From contig NC_045697.1 in assembly GCF_009834535.1 (NCBI RefSeq), forward strand, positions 59,398,001-59,462,000: a stretch of DNA of 64,000 bases. The letters are read 5' to 3'. The stretch is from Camelus ferus (Eukaryota). A program made the translations under genes and the position numbers. The notes beneath the pieces were generated by a model, which saw only the letters and a program-made list of their open reading frames with translations, did not search any database and was not told the origin of the DNA. Below are positions 1-13,715 of the stretch, one piece after another; positions within the stretch are counted from its first letter, which is position 1; each line of letters starts with the position of its first letter.

Positions 1-3000
1 CCTAGGGCTCTAACATCCACCCCTAACAGAATAATACATTCAAAAACTTTTGTATGGTTTTTTTTTTTTTGATATTTAAAAGTGGCCTCTTTTAAATTTT
101 GTTTCTATGTAGATATTATTTACAGTTTGTGGGACACAATGAATTCAGTATATAAATCAGACTCCAAGAACACAAATCTTGTTGGCTGCCATGTTAGTAA
201 ATCAGCTCACCTAAATAATCCTGAAACTTTGACAATGATTCAGGCTGTGGGCTTGAAAATTTAGCTATTGCCTCACTGTGAACTTGATCTTCTGACGTTT
301 TAATGGATTGAGGTCCTATTTCTTATGGTTCAGTTTATACATGTACATAAACTATTCTGAGCACATCCGAGTTGAGAGCTAAGAGCTGGTGTTCAGGTTT
401 GGAGTCAAACTGTCTATCCTTTGAACTAAGTAGGGAGGGATAAAGTGGACATCTAAAGTGTTTTCATTAAAAGTGTACTTACTGCACTAAATAATATCAT
501 ATATACATTACAACAAAACAAAACAAAGTAACACTAAAACAATGGATACCTCGGAGATGCTGATATATATCCAGGAATTTCCCCATCTCTTCAAGTCGAC
601 TAACTTTATTATTAATTTATTGTATATGCATTGTGCACATGCATGTGTGTATATGTGTGTGTATTAAAACAAAATGAATGTTGTTACTTCAAAGCATAAA
701 AGCAGCTTCCAAGAACATGGAATCTAATGTTTGAAGCACTTTAATTCTGCTTTCTTCCTTGTGTTTGGAATTGTTCGGCAATAGATTGTATTCTGTGCTG
801 CTTCAGTTATTAGTCTTTTCAGATCTGACTGCACTTAATTACTAAAGACGTGATCTGCTAAAAGCTACATCTGGAAACAATGTCACTCTTGTGTTTGGGG
901 TTTGAAAGTTGGACTTAGGTAAAATGAATACTAACCACAAAGCTTTGAGAAAAAATTAGTATCGCCATACACTTTCTGTGACTTTAGCTTAAAACAAATT
1001 GTGGATGCTTTTTATGTATTGAATATTTATTTTGTGAACTGCTTAGGTGTGTCTCTACCTTTATTTTATCCTTATCTAAGTAACTGACCATAGTTTATCA
1101 GATAATTGCCCCTCTGGTATTAAGAGCAGAACTAGTCTTTTCTGTTCATCAATTTTATATGATGAGCATAGTATGCAAAATATGAATTTAGCCTTTAGAA
1201 TGTCAAAGGAAATAAAGGGTGTTCCCATTCAAGAACAATTTTAATTTTAGAAATAGTACAGGATTTATTTAGAATCTGTCTTATAGAATTAAACTACATG
1301 CTTCTCTTCAGCCCATTTGGACTCTTCCCAGAATAGCTGGTCAACATAGCTCATAACACATGAGCCCACCAGTTGAGCAGGTTGTGTATTTTAAACCATA
1401 GATTTACTTCACACTACAAAGATACCTGGGCTTTAATAAATGCCTATGGTAACATTTTTGTCTTGTTTACTTGGGGGGCAGTGAATCAATCCAAAAGTAG
1501 CAGTGATGTAAAATTGGTAGTATATTTAGTTAAATATGTATTTTTATAAATTAAAGGTAATCTAGCTACTATTGAACAAGGATAAAATTTGAAGCAAAAA
1601 CAAGATAATTTCTATTGCCTTTTTTTCCCTGGCTAATAGTATTATTTCTGATGTGATTAATTTTCAATAACATAGTAAGAGACATGATTGTGTTTTTCTC
1701 TTCCCTATGATATCAAATATTTTGCTTATGGCATAAAATCTAGTCTTAGCAGAAATCCCTGGTTCTTTTATTTATTTCCCTAAGTGGTAAGTAATTTGAC
1801 AAGGCCAGCCTTACATCACATCATATTAAATTGATTGAGGCCAGAAAACATGAGAATAAGATATTAACCGAATTCATTTCCGATATGTGATTTATAAGCT
1901 AGAGTTAAACTTGCTGATTAAAAGACAATGTAAAATCAGAGAAATCTGAATGACATCATTCACTGATAGAGATATAACTTTCTCAGCCATTTATATTCCC
2001 AATTGTAGGCTAATTGACAAAAATTACTAAAGAACTGTTGCTATGTGTCATTTTGGCACAGTAATTAATGCTGTATTTGATATAAATCAGATACTCATTG
2101 TCCATCACAGAAGATGATCAGTTTATACCATCAGAATCTGCTAACTGCATGGCAATACATTGCAGGGTAAATAGTTTATATTGTTAATTATATCAACAGA
2201 GTATTGCATTATGTCAGCCTATCAATTCTGGAATATTTGCTTTGATGGTAATGTATGCATTATACAGTTGAATCAATTTAAAATCAACACTGTGCTGCTG
2301 TGTAGATTGTTTACATCGTATTACTTTAATAGAGTACTTAACAATGGGAAATAATTTAAGATCTAATGGTCCATAGAGGTCTTCTCTTCAAGTGTAATAC
2401 TCCTGAGTATTAGAGAATTTTTTTTTTGTGGCCAAGAGATGAAAGGACTGATGCCCTGATATCTGTATTTCTATTACAGTTATTCTGCAGTTGAAAACCA
2501 TTTTCCCTATAGCTTGTGAAATTTATCATTAAAAGAAAAGCCACTCATTCAGATAACGTTCTACAGATATTTGAGGTGACTCTCCAAAGAATACATTAAA
2601 GTTATTTTCCCAAGTTTTCTGTTAACTCTGATATATATCTGCAATATTCTCATGCTGTCATGAAGAGAATGCTACTGATGTTACACTTTTAAAATATCAG
2701 AATACCATGTAATAATGAGGTAATAAATTATTTTTGATCTGAAAAAGTGGCGAGAACTTGAAAATTTCTGAACCCCCCCCCCCTTTGCTTCTGGTGAATA
2801 AAGAGTACTAGACACAACCTTACATGTCTGGGCTCAATGACCTGCATCCAGTAAGGGTTGTGCCCAACACTGGATTTACTCTGCATGCATCTGACCGAAA
2901 TGAAGCACAAGGAATAAAAGCCCATATGTCTTATATAACTCACCATACTGACATATAATATTGACTGTCTTTACTTGCATTTTGTAGTGAATTTAAAGAA

Positions 3001-3589
3001 GAGCATGAAGGAGCAAAAACTATTTTGGTATTTTAAAGACACTTTCTGAACAATTTAGTATAATGGAAATAATGTTTGGTAAGCAGTGAAGGATATTTGG
3101 TAAGCGTGTCTCTATGATCTCTCTGCAAGATTAATTTTGATAATTTAACTTTTTCCAGATTGTTACAAGATTATACCCTTGCTGTGGGTTAGAGCTGTAC
3201 TAAACTTGAAGTAAAATTATATCAGGAGGAAACTTCAAAAAATGATGTATCTATACATAGTGTTTTCATCAGTTATCTTTTTCACTTTCATTTCTTTCAA
3301 ATAGAAAGGAAGTTTTATTTTATTTTGACTAACAAACCATTTCATGTACCTGAAGTACTACTATTTTTAAGGGCAAGAAAAGAATCATTTGCCCATTTAA
3401 ACGTGTACTTCAACTGTATATTTAATTTTCCTGTACTTGTCACTACATACCAATATTTATTTCTTCTATCACTAATAGTCCTTTCAGATTTCTAGTTTTA
3501 GTTGGCTCAGGAACTGTTTTTTCTTAAAGATTTTTGAGCTGCTCTCAATTTTCATTTTTTTTCAGGGTCTCATTACCTTTAGAAGAAAT

Positions 3590-3990
3590 ATTTTCAGCAT
3601 GTTTTCTTCTGCTTTCTGATGGAGAAAAGGAGGCTAACAGATCCCATCCTATCTCCCTGTTCCATTACCCAGTTGCCTTTGGTTTCTCAAGAGGCAATAG
3701 TGGCTCTCATAAGCCTATTGCTGCTTTATTTATCTGTAAAACCTTTTATCCTCTATCTCAGTGTCCTTTGTATTCCCCATTTTATTTTCTGCCTTTACTT
3801 TCTGGATCGTTTTCGTGTGTTCTTTAAATCAAACAGGCTGTTTCTGCAAGGTTAATAGCCTATGTACTTTTTTTTTCGGTCTTTGATCATTTTCTCCATT
3901 TCCCTGGTCCTTCATATGGCTCATTTACAACTTCACATAAAAGTTTATTTCTTTGAATTCCCTGAAATCAACCCGTGAATACTTTATGTT
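3590..3990 (-). mobile_element. Highly decayed CR1/L3-clade LINE ORF2 fragment
   Basis: Minus-strand translation with stops and frameshifts gives collinear CR1-like motifs: YSRVDFREFKE, KQPV*F (KxPxW), TIQKVKAENKMGNTKDTEIEDKRFYR*I (IRKAKAxxE...KxFYxYI), ETKGNWVME (xKGNLVTE). Confidence 0.5.
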
Positions 3991-5439
3991 TTCTCCTCGG
4001 CTCTATCCCACTTACAGCCCCATTTTTCAATGCATTTCCTGTAGCAGAGCATACATTTATCCCACTGTGCTGTTTTCCTCCTGGGGTTCGTTGGCTGCTC
4101 CTTAAGGACCTCGTGTAGGATTTTTGTTTGGGACCAGCAGATCCAGATACTATTCAGAATGAAAGCTCTTCAGCTGTTTTATTTTATTTCAAGCCTATTT
4201 CTTGTGAGGCCATAGCAAACTTTTCAAAATGCCTTTTACCTCTTCCTCACCACACCAGAGTTAACAGAGTAAACAGTCTCAGGCAGGAATGAGCTCTCTC
4301 ATTTTATGTACTACTCCTGCCATGTAAAAGAATACTAGAGCAGTGATCAAAACCGTGTTTTCATCCAGCTGTGTACAGCATATGCAAATAATGCTGATGC
4401 TTTTACAAAGCTATTGCTAAACTTTTAGGTGCATTATGGCAACCTGAGAAAAAAAATCTTCTCCAGAGACTTTTGCAGACTGACACATGCTAATAATCTT
4501 CTTGGACTAAATGAACTGCAAGATTGTGTTCAGTTCTCTTCATTAACCACAGAGGATGAATTGACTGAATTATAGCTGAAATAATTTGCAGTTAGACTTC
4601 CAGAAAACCATATGATTCTAAGCATAAGGATGTGAGGCTTTGGACTGCATCACACAAAGATACTGGAGAATTACCAACATTGGTGATTTTTAAGAGCAAG
4701 AAAGGTAAATTCTTTTGAAAAGTATGGAATGTCTCAATATAGGAGAATAGACTCTATCTCATTTGGGAATTCTGTTGTCCCTTCCAGCACTATTATTTTT
4801 TTGATTTATTTAGATAAAAGTTTTCTTGATGGTGAGCCAGAAATTCTGTGTGTAAATTTCGCTCCTGGGACTATGTTCCAGCTGCAGGATGCTGAGTTTA
4901 TGCTCCTGTCAAAACACTTAAATTTCTGGAGAGTAACTTATGGAGTAAGAGAATCCAACCAATGGAGTCATTGGCTTTTACTCACTTCATTTAGCCAGTA
5001 TCTCTATTTAACTATTTTTCAATGCCAGTAAAAATAGTATTTCTCTTAAAAATTCCATATTGATACTTATTTCCACATTTGCCAGTATATATACATATTT
5101 TGGGTGAGGAGTTGGATTTTTATGTTTTTTTCCCTTTGTTATTTTCTGAGCCAAAAGTTCAAATTTCTTTTTTTTCCCTTCAACTTTTTACTGACTAAAA
5201 ATGTTTATAGGCAATCTTAAATAATGAAAAGACTTGTGTTTCAGTTAAATTTGTGAGTTTCTAACATTTTGTTTCGATACAGGTATAAATAAATGCAGCC
5301 TTTTATTGGTCAATTTAGTTTAATAGAAGTATAGCAGCATTTATGTTTCTAAATGTTATTAAAAAAAGCAAGTTCAAAGTATTGTTTCTAATTTTATTCT
5401 CTAAATGAAAACAATATCCCTATAAATATTGTGTATACA

Positions 5440-5660
5440 TACATAGAATATACAATTTTTGCATAGCATATACAACATAGCAAATTTTGGCAAACACTAG
5501 GAAGGGTTATTAATGACTACCATTTGGTTTATGTGACTAAAGTTCTCCTGAGGGAATAGAAAAGAAAAAGAATGTTTGCTTAACATTATATGCACCTTTA
5601 TACTGTATCTTACTATGAGTAAGAATTGGTTTTATAATTTATGAACTTATTTTTTATTGC
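5440..5660 (+). mobile_element. Old L1 (L1ME-like) 3' end fragment
   Basis: Degenerate resemblance to ancient L1ME 3' UTR ends. Confidence 0.35.
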
Positions 5661-7519
5661 TGTAAAACAAGATCAACTTTAGTCACTATTGTGGAAGCAA
5701 CTAATTTGCAGTAGTTTATAATGCTCCTTTCCTGTCAATTCCAACTAGAGAAAAAGAAAAATTGTTGAAGCATTTGCTTTTCCTTCTGTTACCTCAGGAA
5801 TGAATTAAAAGCAGAATCAAGTCACAAACATGTTTCAAAATCCTTTCTAAATAAGTTATATCAATAAAACTATTCTAGTAACTTTCCTTCTTTCTTATAA
5901 TTTTCTTTCCAGAGAGTTAGTGTAGAATACTAATCATGGTAAATGAACAAACCCCTTAGTTATGTTTGTTTATTAAAAGTCAGGACAGAGGCAAAGGCAG
6001 ATGTCAGCTCTTAACCTGATGTGCTTGTCACATTGGAAAGGAGTTGTGTGTGGTTACTGCTGTCTGTCTTTCCTCCAGAAGTGTGTGTAAGTGTCAAACT
6101 GAAGAATGGAGGATATCTCTTCTCCTATCTGTCAACATTGTAGGTGGGCTGAATGGGAGAGTTTGGGTTCTGGTTATCTGTCAGGTAAAACAGGGTGATG
6201 ATGGGTCTCAGAAAGGGCCAGATAGCCTTCAATCTTGCTTGAGTTTTAGCTGCCACAAACTATTTATTGCAGTGGTAGAGAGGAGTCTATGGAAATCTTG
6301 CAATATGACTTCTTACCACTCCTTCCAACTGACCTCCACCTAGACTCCTGGCCTTCATTATAGCTTTGCAATGAAATCCAGTCACGCTTTTCTTCACTAC
6401 AAAGACCCTTCCTCTTAGTTTGGCCCCGATTCCCAAATATACCACTCTACTCAGTCTTATTCCTCTAACAGGAATGTGAAACTTACTCTGCTTTAGTCAT
6501 CACTGCAAGTGTAAGTCTTGGTTTTATGTGTCATTCAAAGCTCACCTTCTGCCCCCATATTGTTGGATGAAATTGGAAGATTTAAATGAATGTTGGAAAC
6601 TTCATACTAGCTTCAGGATTGAATACTTGATTATCTAATCTGCCTTAAGAAAATAAATTAAAAGAAAATAAATACTAACCTGAGAAGAAAATTAAATTGT
6701 TAATTAAGAAAAAAATTTTAATTTCAGGTTTATGCATGGCATTAATATATGAACAAATCACTTTCCTTTTTCTCAAAATTGTAAATTAATAATCCTGTGT
6801 TTTCAAGGCATAATGAAGTCACCACATTAAACCAATACAGTTATCTTCAGCTTGAGTATTGGATCAAACAAACAAACAAATAAGCAAACAGTTTTCTCCA
6901 TCTTCCATCCAGATCTGTTTCTTCTCAAGAACATAAACTTTTAAGAAAGTAACTTCTGTATAAAGTAATCTTCAATAAATAATAACCACATTAGCTTAAT
7001 GGGCAGAGTAAGGAGTATGACAGTTTGTCTATAAAATACATGACTATACAGATAAAAATAGATAAAATATAGTCTTGAACATAGCTCTAAAATGTGGATA
7101 GATATGGTCGCAGTTTCACACTCAAAGGCTGAGACTGAGTAGGATATCTCTTTTCAATTGCACTTTACCTATGATTTGCTATCATTTAACTGATTCCATG
7201 TAAGTATGGAAAAGTAAAATACTTGCATCAAAAAAAAAGTAGAATATTGCAGTTTTAAAATGCATGCAAGTAATATAACACAAGTGTTCCACTTTTTGTT
7301 TTATTGAAAAAAATCAACAACAGTGGATACACAAACCAACCAAAAAGAGTTAATTGGGATTTGGAGGAATTAGTGGTATGTTAATCAAGGAAACTCTTAC
7401 AAGGTGGAGAGTAATATTGTTGACTGATTTAAAGAGTTTGGAAAAGTGTTTTAGTGAAATATAATTTGCACCCCTCCATTTTTCTCATATTGTAACTGAA
7501 CTTTTTTATTGTTATAATA

Positions 7520-7760
7520 ACCTCCACATTGACCTTCTCTTTTCAATCTTGCCAACATATCTTTTGTTCTCTAGATGATTTTTTTAAAAAAGCCAATCAA
7601 ATCAGGTCACCTTGCTTTATGAAAGGCATATTACATGCAGAATAAACCTAACACTTTCACCATGGGCTGCAACCTTGTAGGGAACTGTACTTACTTATCC
7701 TTCCAGTCCTATTGTTGGGCCACTCTTCCCCTGCCTCCTGTGCTGTAGAAATAGCCATTT
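7520..7760 (+). mobile_element. L2 LINE fragment (5' part, split by the L1 at 7775)
   Basis: L2-like text (tttttaaaaaagccaatcaaatcaggtcacc...cagaataaaacctaacactttcaccatggg); continues at 9880. Confidence 0.65.
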
Positions 7761-7774
7761 TACTTAGTTAATTA

Positions 7775-9785
7775 ATTTATTTTTGAGGTATAATTGACAT
7801 ATAACTTTATATTAGTTTCAGATGTCCAAGATAATGATTTGATACATATATGCATTGTGAAATGATCACCACAATGAATCTCGTTAACATCTGTCATCAT
7901 ATATAATAACCAACACTTTTTTCTTGTGATGAGGACTTTTAAGATCTACTCTCTTAGCAGCTTTCAGATACACAATACAGTATTATTAACTATAGTCACC
8001 ATGCTGTAAATTATATCCCCCAAACTTATTTGTCTTATAACTGGAAGTTTGTACCATTTGACACTCTTCACTCACTTCTCTCTACCCTCCACCTTCTGTC
8101 TCTCACAACTACCAATCTGTTGTCTATCTATAAGCTCTTTTAAAAAGAAATTCCACATATCAAGGGGGCCATGCAGTATTTGTCCTTCTCTGTCTGACTT
8201 ATTTCACTTAGCATAATAGTCTCAAGGTCCATCCATGTTTTCAAAAATGGCAAAATTTACTTCTACGATGTTCCACTACATGTGTGTGTATGTGTGTGTG
8301 TGTGTATACTGAATCGTTTTAATCCATTCATTTATTGATGGACACCTAGGCTGTTTCCATACCTTGGTTCTTTTACATACTGCTGCAATAAACATAGGGG
8401 TGCATATATATTTTTTGAGTAAATATTTTCATTTTCTTTGAATAAGTACCCCAAAATGGAATTGCTGGATCTTATGGTACTTCTATTTTTAATTTTTGAG
8501 AACTGCCAAACTGTTTTCTGTAGTGGCTGCACAATTTCTGTGGTTGGCTCTTCCCACCAACAGGGAACAAGTGTTCCCTTTCCTCCACATTCTTGCCAAC
8601 GCTTGATACTTTTTGTCTTTTTGATAATAACCATTCTAAAATATGTGACGTGATATCCCATTGTGGTTTTGATTTGCATTTCCCTGATCATTAGTGATGT
8701 TGAGCACCTTTTCATGTACCTGTTGGCCTTCTATGTGTCTTTAGAAAAATGTCTATTCAGATCCTCTGCACATTTTTCACTCGATTGGTTTACTGCTATT
8801 GAGTCACATGATTTCTTTAGATATTTTGGATATTAACCCCTTATCAGATATTTGATTTGCAAATATTTCTTCCCATTCAGTAGGTTGCCTTTGCCTTTTT
8901 TGGATGGTTTTCTTTGCTGTGCAGAAGCTTTTTAGTTTGATGTAGTTCCACTTTTTAAATTTTTGGTTTTGTTGCTTTTGCTTTTGGGATTAAATCCACA
9001 AAGTCATCACCAAGACTGAGATCAAGGAGTCCCCTTTACCACTTATTTTTCCCTCTAAGAGTTTTATGGTTTCAGGCCTTACATTCAAGTCTTCAATCCA
9101 CTTAGAGTTAACTTTTTGTATCAGACCAATTTCATTCTTTTAGATACAACTGTCCAGTTTTCCTAACACCATTTATTAAAGAGCTTGTCCTTTTTCCATT
9201 GCATATTCTTGATTCCTTTGTCATAAATTAATTGGCCTTATGTATGTGGGTTTATTTCTGGGCTCTCTTTTTCTTCCATTGATCTATGCATCTGTTTTTA
9301 TGCACATACCATACTGTTATGATTACTATAGCTTTGTAATATATTTTGAAATCAAAGAACATCCTGCCTCAGCTTTGTTTTTCTGTCTCATGATTACTTT
9401 GGTTAATTGAAGTCTTCTGTGGTTCCATAAAAATTTCAGAATTATTTTTTCTATTTCTGTGGTGTATCTCATTGAATTTTGATAGGAATTTCCTTGAACC
9501 TGTATATTGCTTTGAGTAGTATGAACATTTTAACAATATTAGTTCTTCCAGTCCATAAGCATAGAATATCTTTCCATCTGTTTGTGTATTCTTCAATTTC
9601 TTTCATCAATGACTTATAGTTCTCAGTTTATAGGTCTTTTACTTCCTTGGTTAAATTTAGTCCCAGGTATTTTATTCTTTTTGGCGTAATTATAAATGGT
9701 ATTGTTTTTTAATTTCTCTTTCTAATAGTTTTGTTATTACAGTCTAGAAACACAACATATTTCGGTATATTGAGTTGTATCTGGT
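7775..9785 (-). mobile_element. 5'-truncated L1 (L1MA8/9-like), ORF2 C-terminus and 3' UTR
   Basis: Antisense L1MA 3' end (gaggtataattgaca...cttttaagatctactctcttagc). ORF 8332-8715(-) [19 protein letters not shown] matches the L1 ORF2p C-terminal region; 9369-9596(-) is out-of-frame ORF2. Confidence 0.95.
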
Positions 9786-9879
9786 TGCTGTTTTAAAACC
9801 AATACTAATAAAAATTTGCATTAAAAAGTGAAAATGTGTATAAAAATAATCTTGATTAAAATAAATACTACTAATTCTG

Positions 9880-10200
9880 CCTTAGGTTCTCTATGTTAGC
9901 TTTCCTGCTATCTGGATGTTAATCTGCAAAATCTTTGAATAGTTGACATCTTCTTATCACTTAGGTTTCAGCTTAGATGTCATCTTCTTGGAGAGGCCTC
10001 CTTTCATCCTTAGACTAATGTGGTCCCCCAGCCTCATTCACAGTCTATCATAGTATCTTGTTTTATGTTCTTCAAACACGTGTTACTATCTGAACTATCT
10101 TTTGCATCATGATTCTTGTGATTCACTATTCATTGTCTGCCTTCTACAACTAGAATAGAATGTAAGAGTGAGTTTAAGCTGACAGCAGGGACATCTTCTC
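9880..10200 (+). mobile_element. L2 LINE fragment (3' continuation)
   Basis: ttaggtttcagcttagatgtcatcttcttggagaggcct...tgtctgccttctacaactagaa...cagcagggac resembles the L2 3' region. Confidence 0.75.
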
Positions 10201-10229
10201 TACATACTGGCAGATACAAAGAATATATA

Positions 10230-10310
10230 AATTTCTTAAAACATCAAGTTGTACACTTTAATATGCAATTTTATTTGTTAGTAATACCTCAGTAAAGAAA
10301 AAGAAAATGA
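10230..10310 (+). mobile_element. Short L1 3'-terminal fragment
   Basis: aaaacatcaagttgtacactttaatatgcaattttatttgt...cctcagtaaag followed by an A-rich tail. Confidence 0.6.
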
Positions 10311-12539
10311 GATAGAACTTTGTATTAGGACCTAGTGAAAATCAACAGAGATTTATGTGTTAATTGACATGCACTAGAGAAGCAAAATTTGCAGCAAAGT
10401 GCAAGAAAAGATGTTTAAGCAGAACAGAAGAACTGGGGAGCTGTCATGATCCTGGGGTCAAGAAATACATACTTAAGTGTGTGTCTGTTTGAGGATGAAT
10501 TATTAAGAAGACCTAAAATGTAAGCTAAAGGATCAGCTATATTTGGACTAAGCAAAAAATTCCAGCATTTAGGGTAGAAAGAGTCCTCTTTTGGATTAAG
10601 ATATAAGTGCAAATTATAGTATTAAATTATCTGCATATTTTGAAATTTCATTATCAGTGTGAAGTGTTCTATATGAAAATGGTTACTAATTGTGTTTTTT
10701 GGTTGTCTATTTAAGTTTATACTTAACATTTGCTTGTGCAGTAACTCTCAAATGACTAGATACACAGATTAATATATTTTTTGGCATGTGATAATAATAA
10801 ATACTGTTTTATTATTGAATAAATAATAATCTATTATTACTGAATGAATAAGAAATTAATCCAAGAATAAAGCCAGAGACAACACTGGTGGAAGACAAGG
10901 CTGAGAGCAAGTTGGGATTTAAAAGGTCAGAGAGAAGCTGTGTGAGAATGTAGCAGTAGACTCATCTTGAATTATATTCACTGAGAAAACAGGAGACTAC
11001 TATATCATTCTCATTGTCTGCACACGGTGTTAGAACAAAGTGGAATAAAGTTAATGTCTTCAAGGGAGAGAAATCTGTCATTTTCCTGACTGCAAAACTG
11101 CATCCATAACTCTAACAGGACATCTTACAACTTGAAACATATGGCCAACAAGCTCTGGCATATTGCTGAAAGTAATCTGACTGAGCAGGCAACTTTCACC
11201 TTTCTAATGAAAGTAACCATAACTCCTGGAGTTGATGTAATTTTGGATTTAGGGACCAATCTCAATCATACGTGGACATCTTGCTACTTTTCGAAAAGCG
11301 CTATGCAAATTGTGCAGTCGTGTTTGTTCAGATTTTTTTTGTTCCAAATTGAACTCAAACTGAATACAGCTTAATGGTACTTTCCTTTTTGCCTGCAAAA
11401 ACAAGCTATACATTCATATAAGCATATGTAGGAGAAAAAATTGTGAAAGTATATTACTGTGAAATCCCAGTTCACTTTGAGAGGAAGTAGAGAGTGTGTT
11501 GATGTTGTATTTAGTCTGTGAGTAATGCATTCTTCCATATTAGGGATATATGATATAATTGTAAGTCATATCTGGGAAGGCTAATAGTCATTTCTAAGTA
11601 GAAAAATAGAATAATATTTTAAAATACATCCTTTCCTATGGTAGGTAAATATTTCATTTTCAAGGTTTTCTGAAAAAATTAACATTAAAATTTTCTCAAA
11701 AATGATTTACTCTAAAGTTTTGGGTTTTTTTGGTTTTTGGGGTTTTTTTTAGTATTTTAAAGAAACAGGGCAAGCAAGCTGCCTTGAATAATGTAAGAAT
11801 TAGACAACTCAGTGACATCCACAGACTTACTACTCTGTTATTTTTGTTGTTGTTCTTAATTATTTTCTATTAAGATCTGTATTAAAATACATATTTAGTA
11901 GGTATCTATGAAAATATCAAGAAATACATAGTGGTACATTTTCATCATTTTATGACATCACTGGGTGTATTACTCTAGACTTCTGTTAACAGCATGCACG
12001 GCATGTACAATATGCAAATATCTTTGTATCTTTTTAAAAAGTGCATGTGAAAGCTTTTACGACCAATTGCCTTGATGGAGCACACAGGCTGAAAGGTGGA
12101 GATCATGTTCAGTGCACTGGAAGCCTGAAAGTGTTGAGACTGTTTAAATGGTGGTATTAAAAAGGACAGGAGGTGGGATGTGCTGGTTTAGGAAAGCTCA
12201 AACCCAACTAGAAAGGGCAGTTGTTGGAAATCTCAAGCTAAAACATAAGCCAAGAAATAGAGAAATAGTAACGAGTTACAAAAATGCAACATTAGGCAGC
12301 ACAAGCATCTGAGTTTGGAATAATGGAAGATAAGGTGTGGGGAGCAGAATAAAGGAGGCTGGGACACATTTAAGAGAATATTTTGAACAGAGTGTGAAGG
12401 TTTAAACACTTTTCTTTCAACATATAATTCATAAGACAGTAAAAAAAAAAGAAATGTATAAATATCTTAAAATATCTGCTCTCCAGATATTAATATCTCT
12501 GGGATATATGAACGATTACGTCTAGTTTTAAATAAGCAA

Positions 12540-12765
12540 GGCAGAGCTATCCTGCAGGAGCTGGCGTGAGAGAGAGAACACAGCCCGGAAGGAACTCTCC
12601 TGAATCAAAGAAGACAGGCAGAACTTTAGATCCCTGCTGCCCTCCATTGTCCAGTCACCCACCCACCCTTCGATTGGCTACATTTCCCTAGAAGCTAGAG
12701 GAAAAGGAGCTGGAGATAGAGGTTCAGACAGTTCTGAGAAGAAACAAGCAAATGACTGGCAGATG
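12540..12765. mobile_element. Old ERVL-type LTR fragment (LTR33/LTR16-like)
   Basis: attggct...ctagaagctagaggaaaaggagc motif recalled from old ERVL LTRs. Confidence 0.4.
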
Positions 12766-12773
12766 TTATTTTT

Positions 12774-13715
12774 TGTATTAGTTTCCTTTTGCTGCTGTAA
12801 CACATTACCATAAACTTAGTGGCTTAAAATAGCATACAGGCAGACCTCAGAGATAATGCAAGTTCAGTTCCAGACCACCACAGTAAAGCAAATATCACAC
12901 AAAAGCGAGTCAGAGGAATTTTTTGTTTTCACAATGTATATGAAAGTTATGTTTACATTATACTGTAGTCTACTGAGTCTGCAATAGCACTAAGTCTAAA
13001 AAAATGTACATATCTCAATTAAAAAATACATTATGGCTAAAAAATGCTAACCATCATCTGTGCTTTTAGGAAGTTACAATCTTTCTGCTGGTGGAGGGTT
13101 TGAAATATTGTAAGAATTACCAAAAGGTGACACAGAGATGCAAGTGAGCAAATGCTGTTGGAGGAATGGTGCTGATAGACTTGCCCAGTGCAAGATTGCT
13201 ACAAACCTTCAATTTGTAAACAAAACAAAACAAAACAAAAACAGTATCTGCAAAGTACAAAAAATCAAAGTACTATACAATGAGGTATGCCTGCTACTAT
13301 ATTATCTTGCAGTTCTGTCAGCCAGAATCTGAAATGAGTCTCACGAGGCTAAAATTAAGATGCCTGATAGCTTGAGTTCTCCTGGAGGCTGTAGAGGAAA
13401 ATATATTCCTTGCCTTTTCCAGCTTCTAGAAGCCATCTACATTCCCTGGCTCCTGACAGCATCACTCTGACTTCTAATTCCATTATTACACCTTCTTTTC
13501 TAAAACTCTGACCCACTAGCCTCCCTGTTATAAGAACTCTTGTGATCACCTTGGGCCCATTTGGATAATCCAGAATATTCTCCTTTTTTTGAGAACCTTA
13601 ACTCAGTCACTTCTGTGAAGTCCCTCTTGACATGTAAGGTAACATGTTCATAGGTTCAAGGGATTAGGACTTTGTGACATCTTTGATGGGGGAGGTGCAT
13701 ATTCTGCCTAACATA
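12774..13715 (-). mobile_element. MaLR solo LTR (MLT1D-like), interrupted by a Tigger1 derivative
   Basis: Starts tgtattagtttccttttgctgctgtaaca, resumes ~13296, ends ...gggattaggac...attctgcctaacata; antisense MLT1 consensus. Confidence 0.9.
12837..13293 (-). mobile_element. Tigger1 internal-deletion derivative (MITE, Tigger1a-like; TcMar)
   Basis: TIRs caggcagacctc / gaggtatgcctg (11/12 complementary). TA at 12835-12836 on the left, (c)TA on the right. Both Tigger1 ends are joined near 13098. Confidence 0.92.

Noticed and set aside
11990..12010. p53-like double CATG
   Set aside because: Cores are 5 nt apart rather than 6 and the flanks mismatch RRRCWWGYYY.
4382..12019. Octamer ATGCAAAT sites at 4382, 11303 and 12012
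   Set aside because: Several are expected by chance at this base composition, and they are not clustered.
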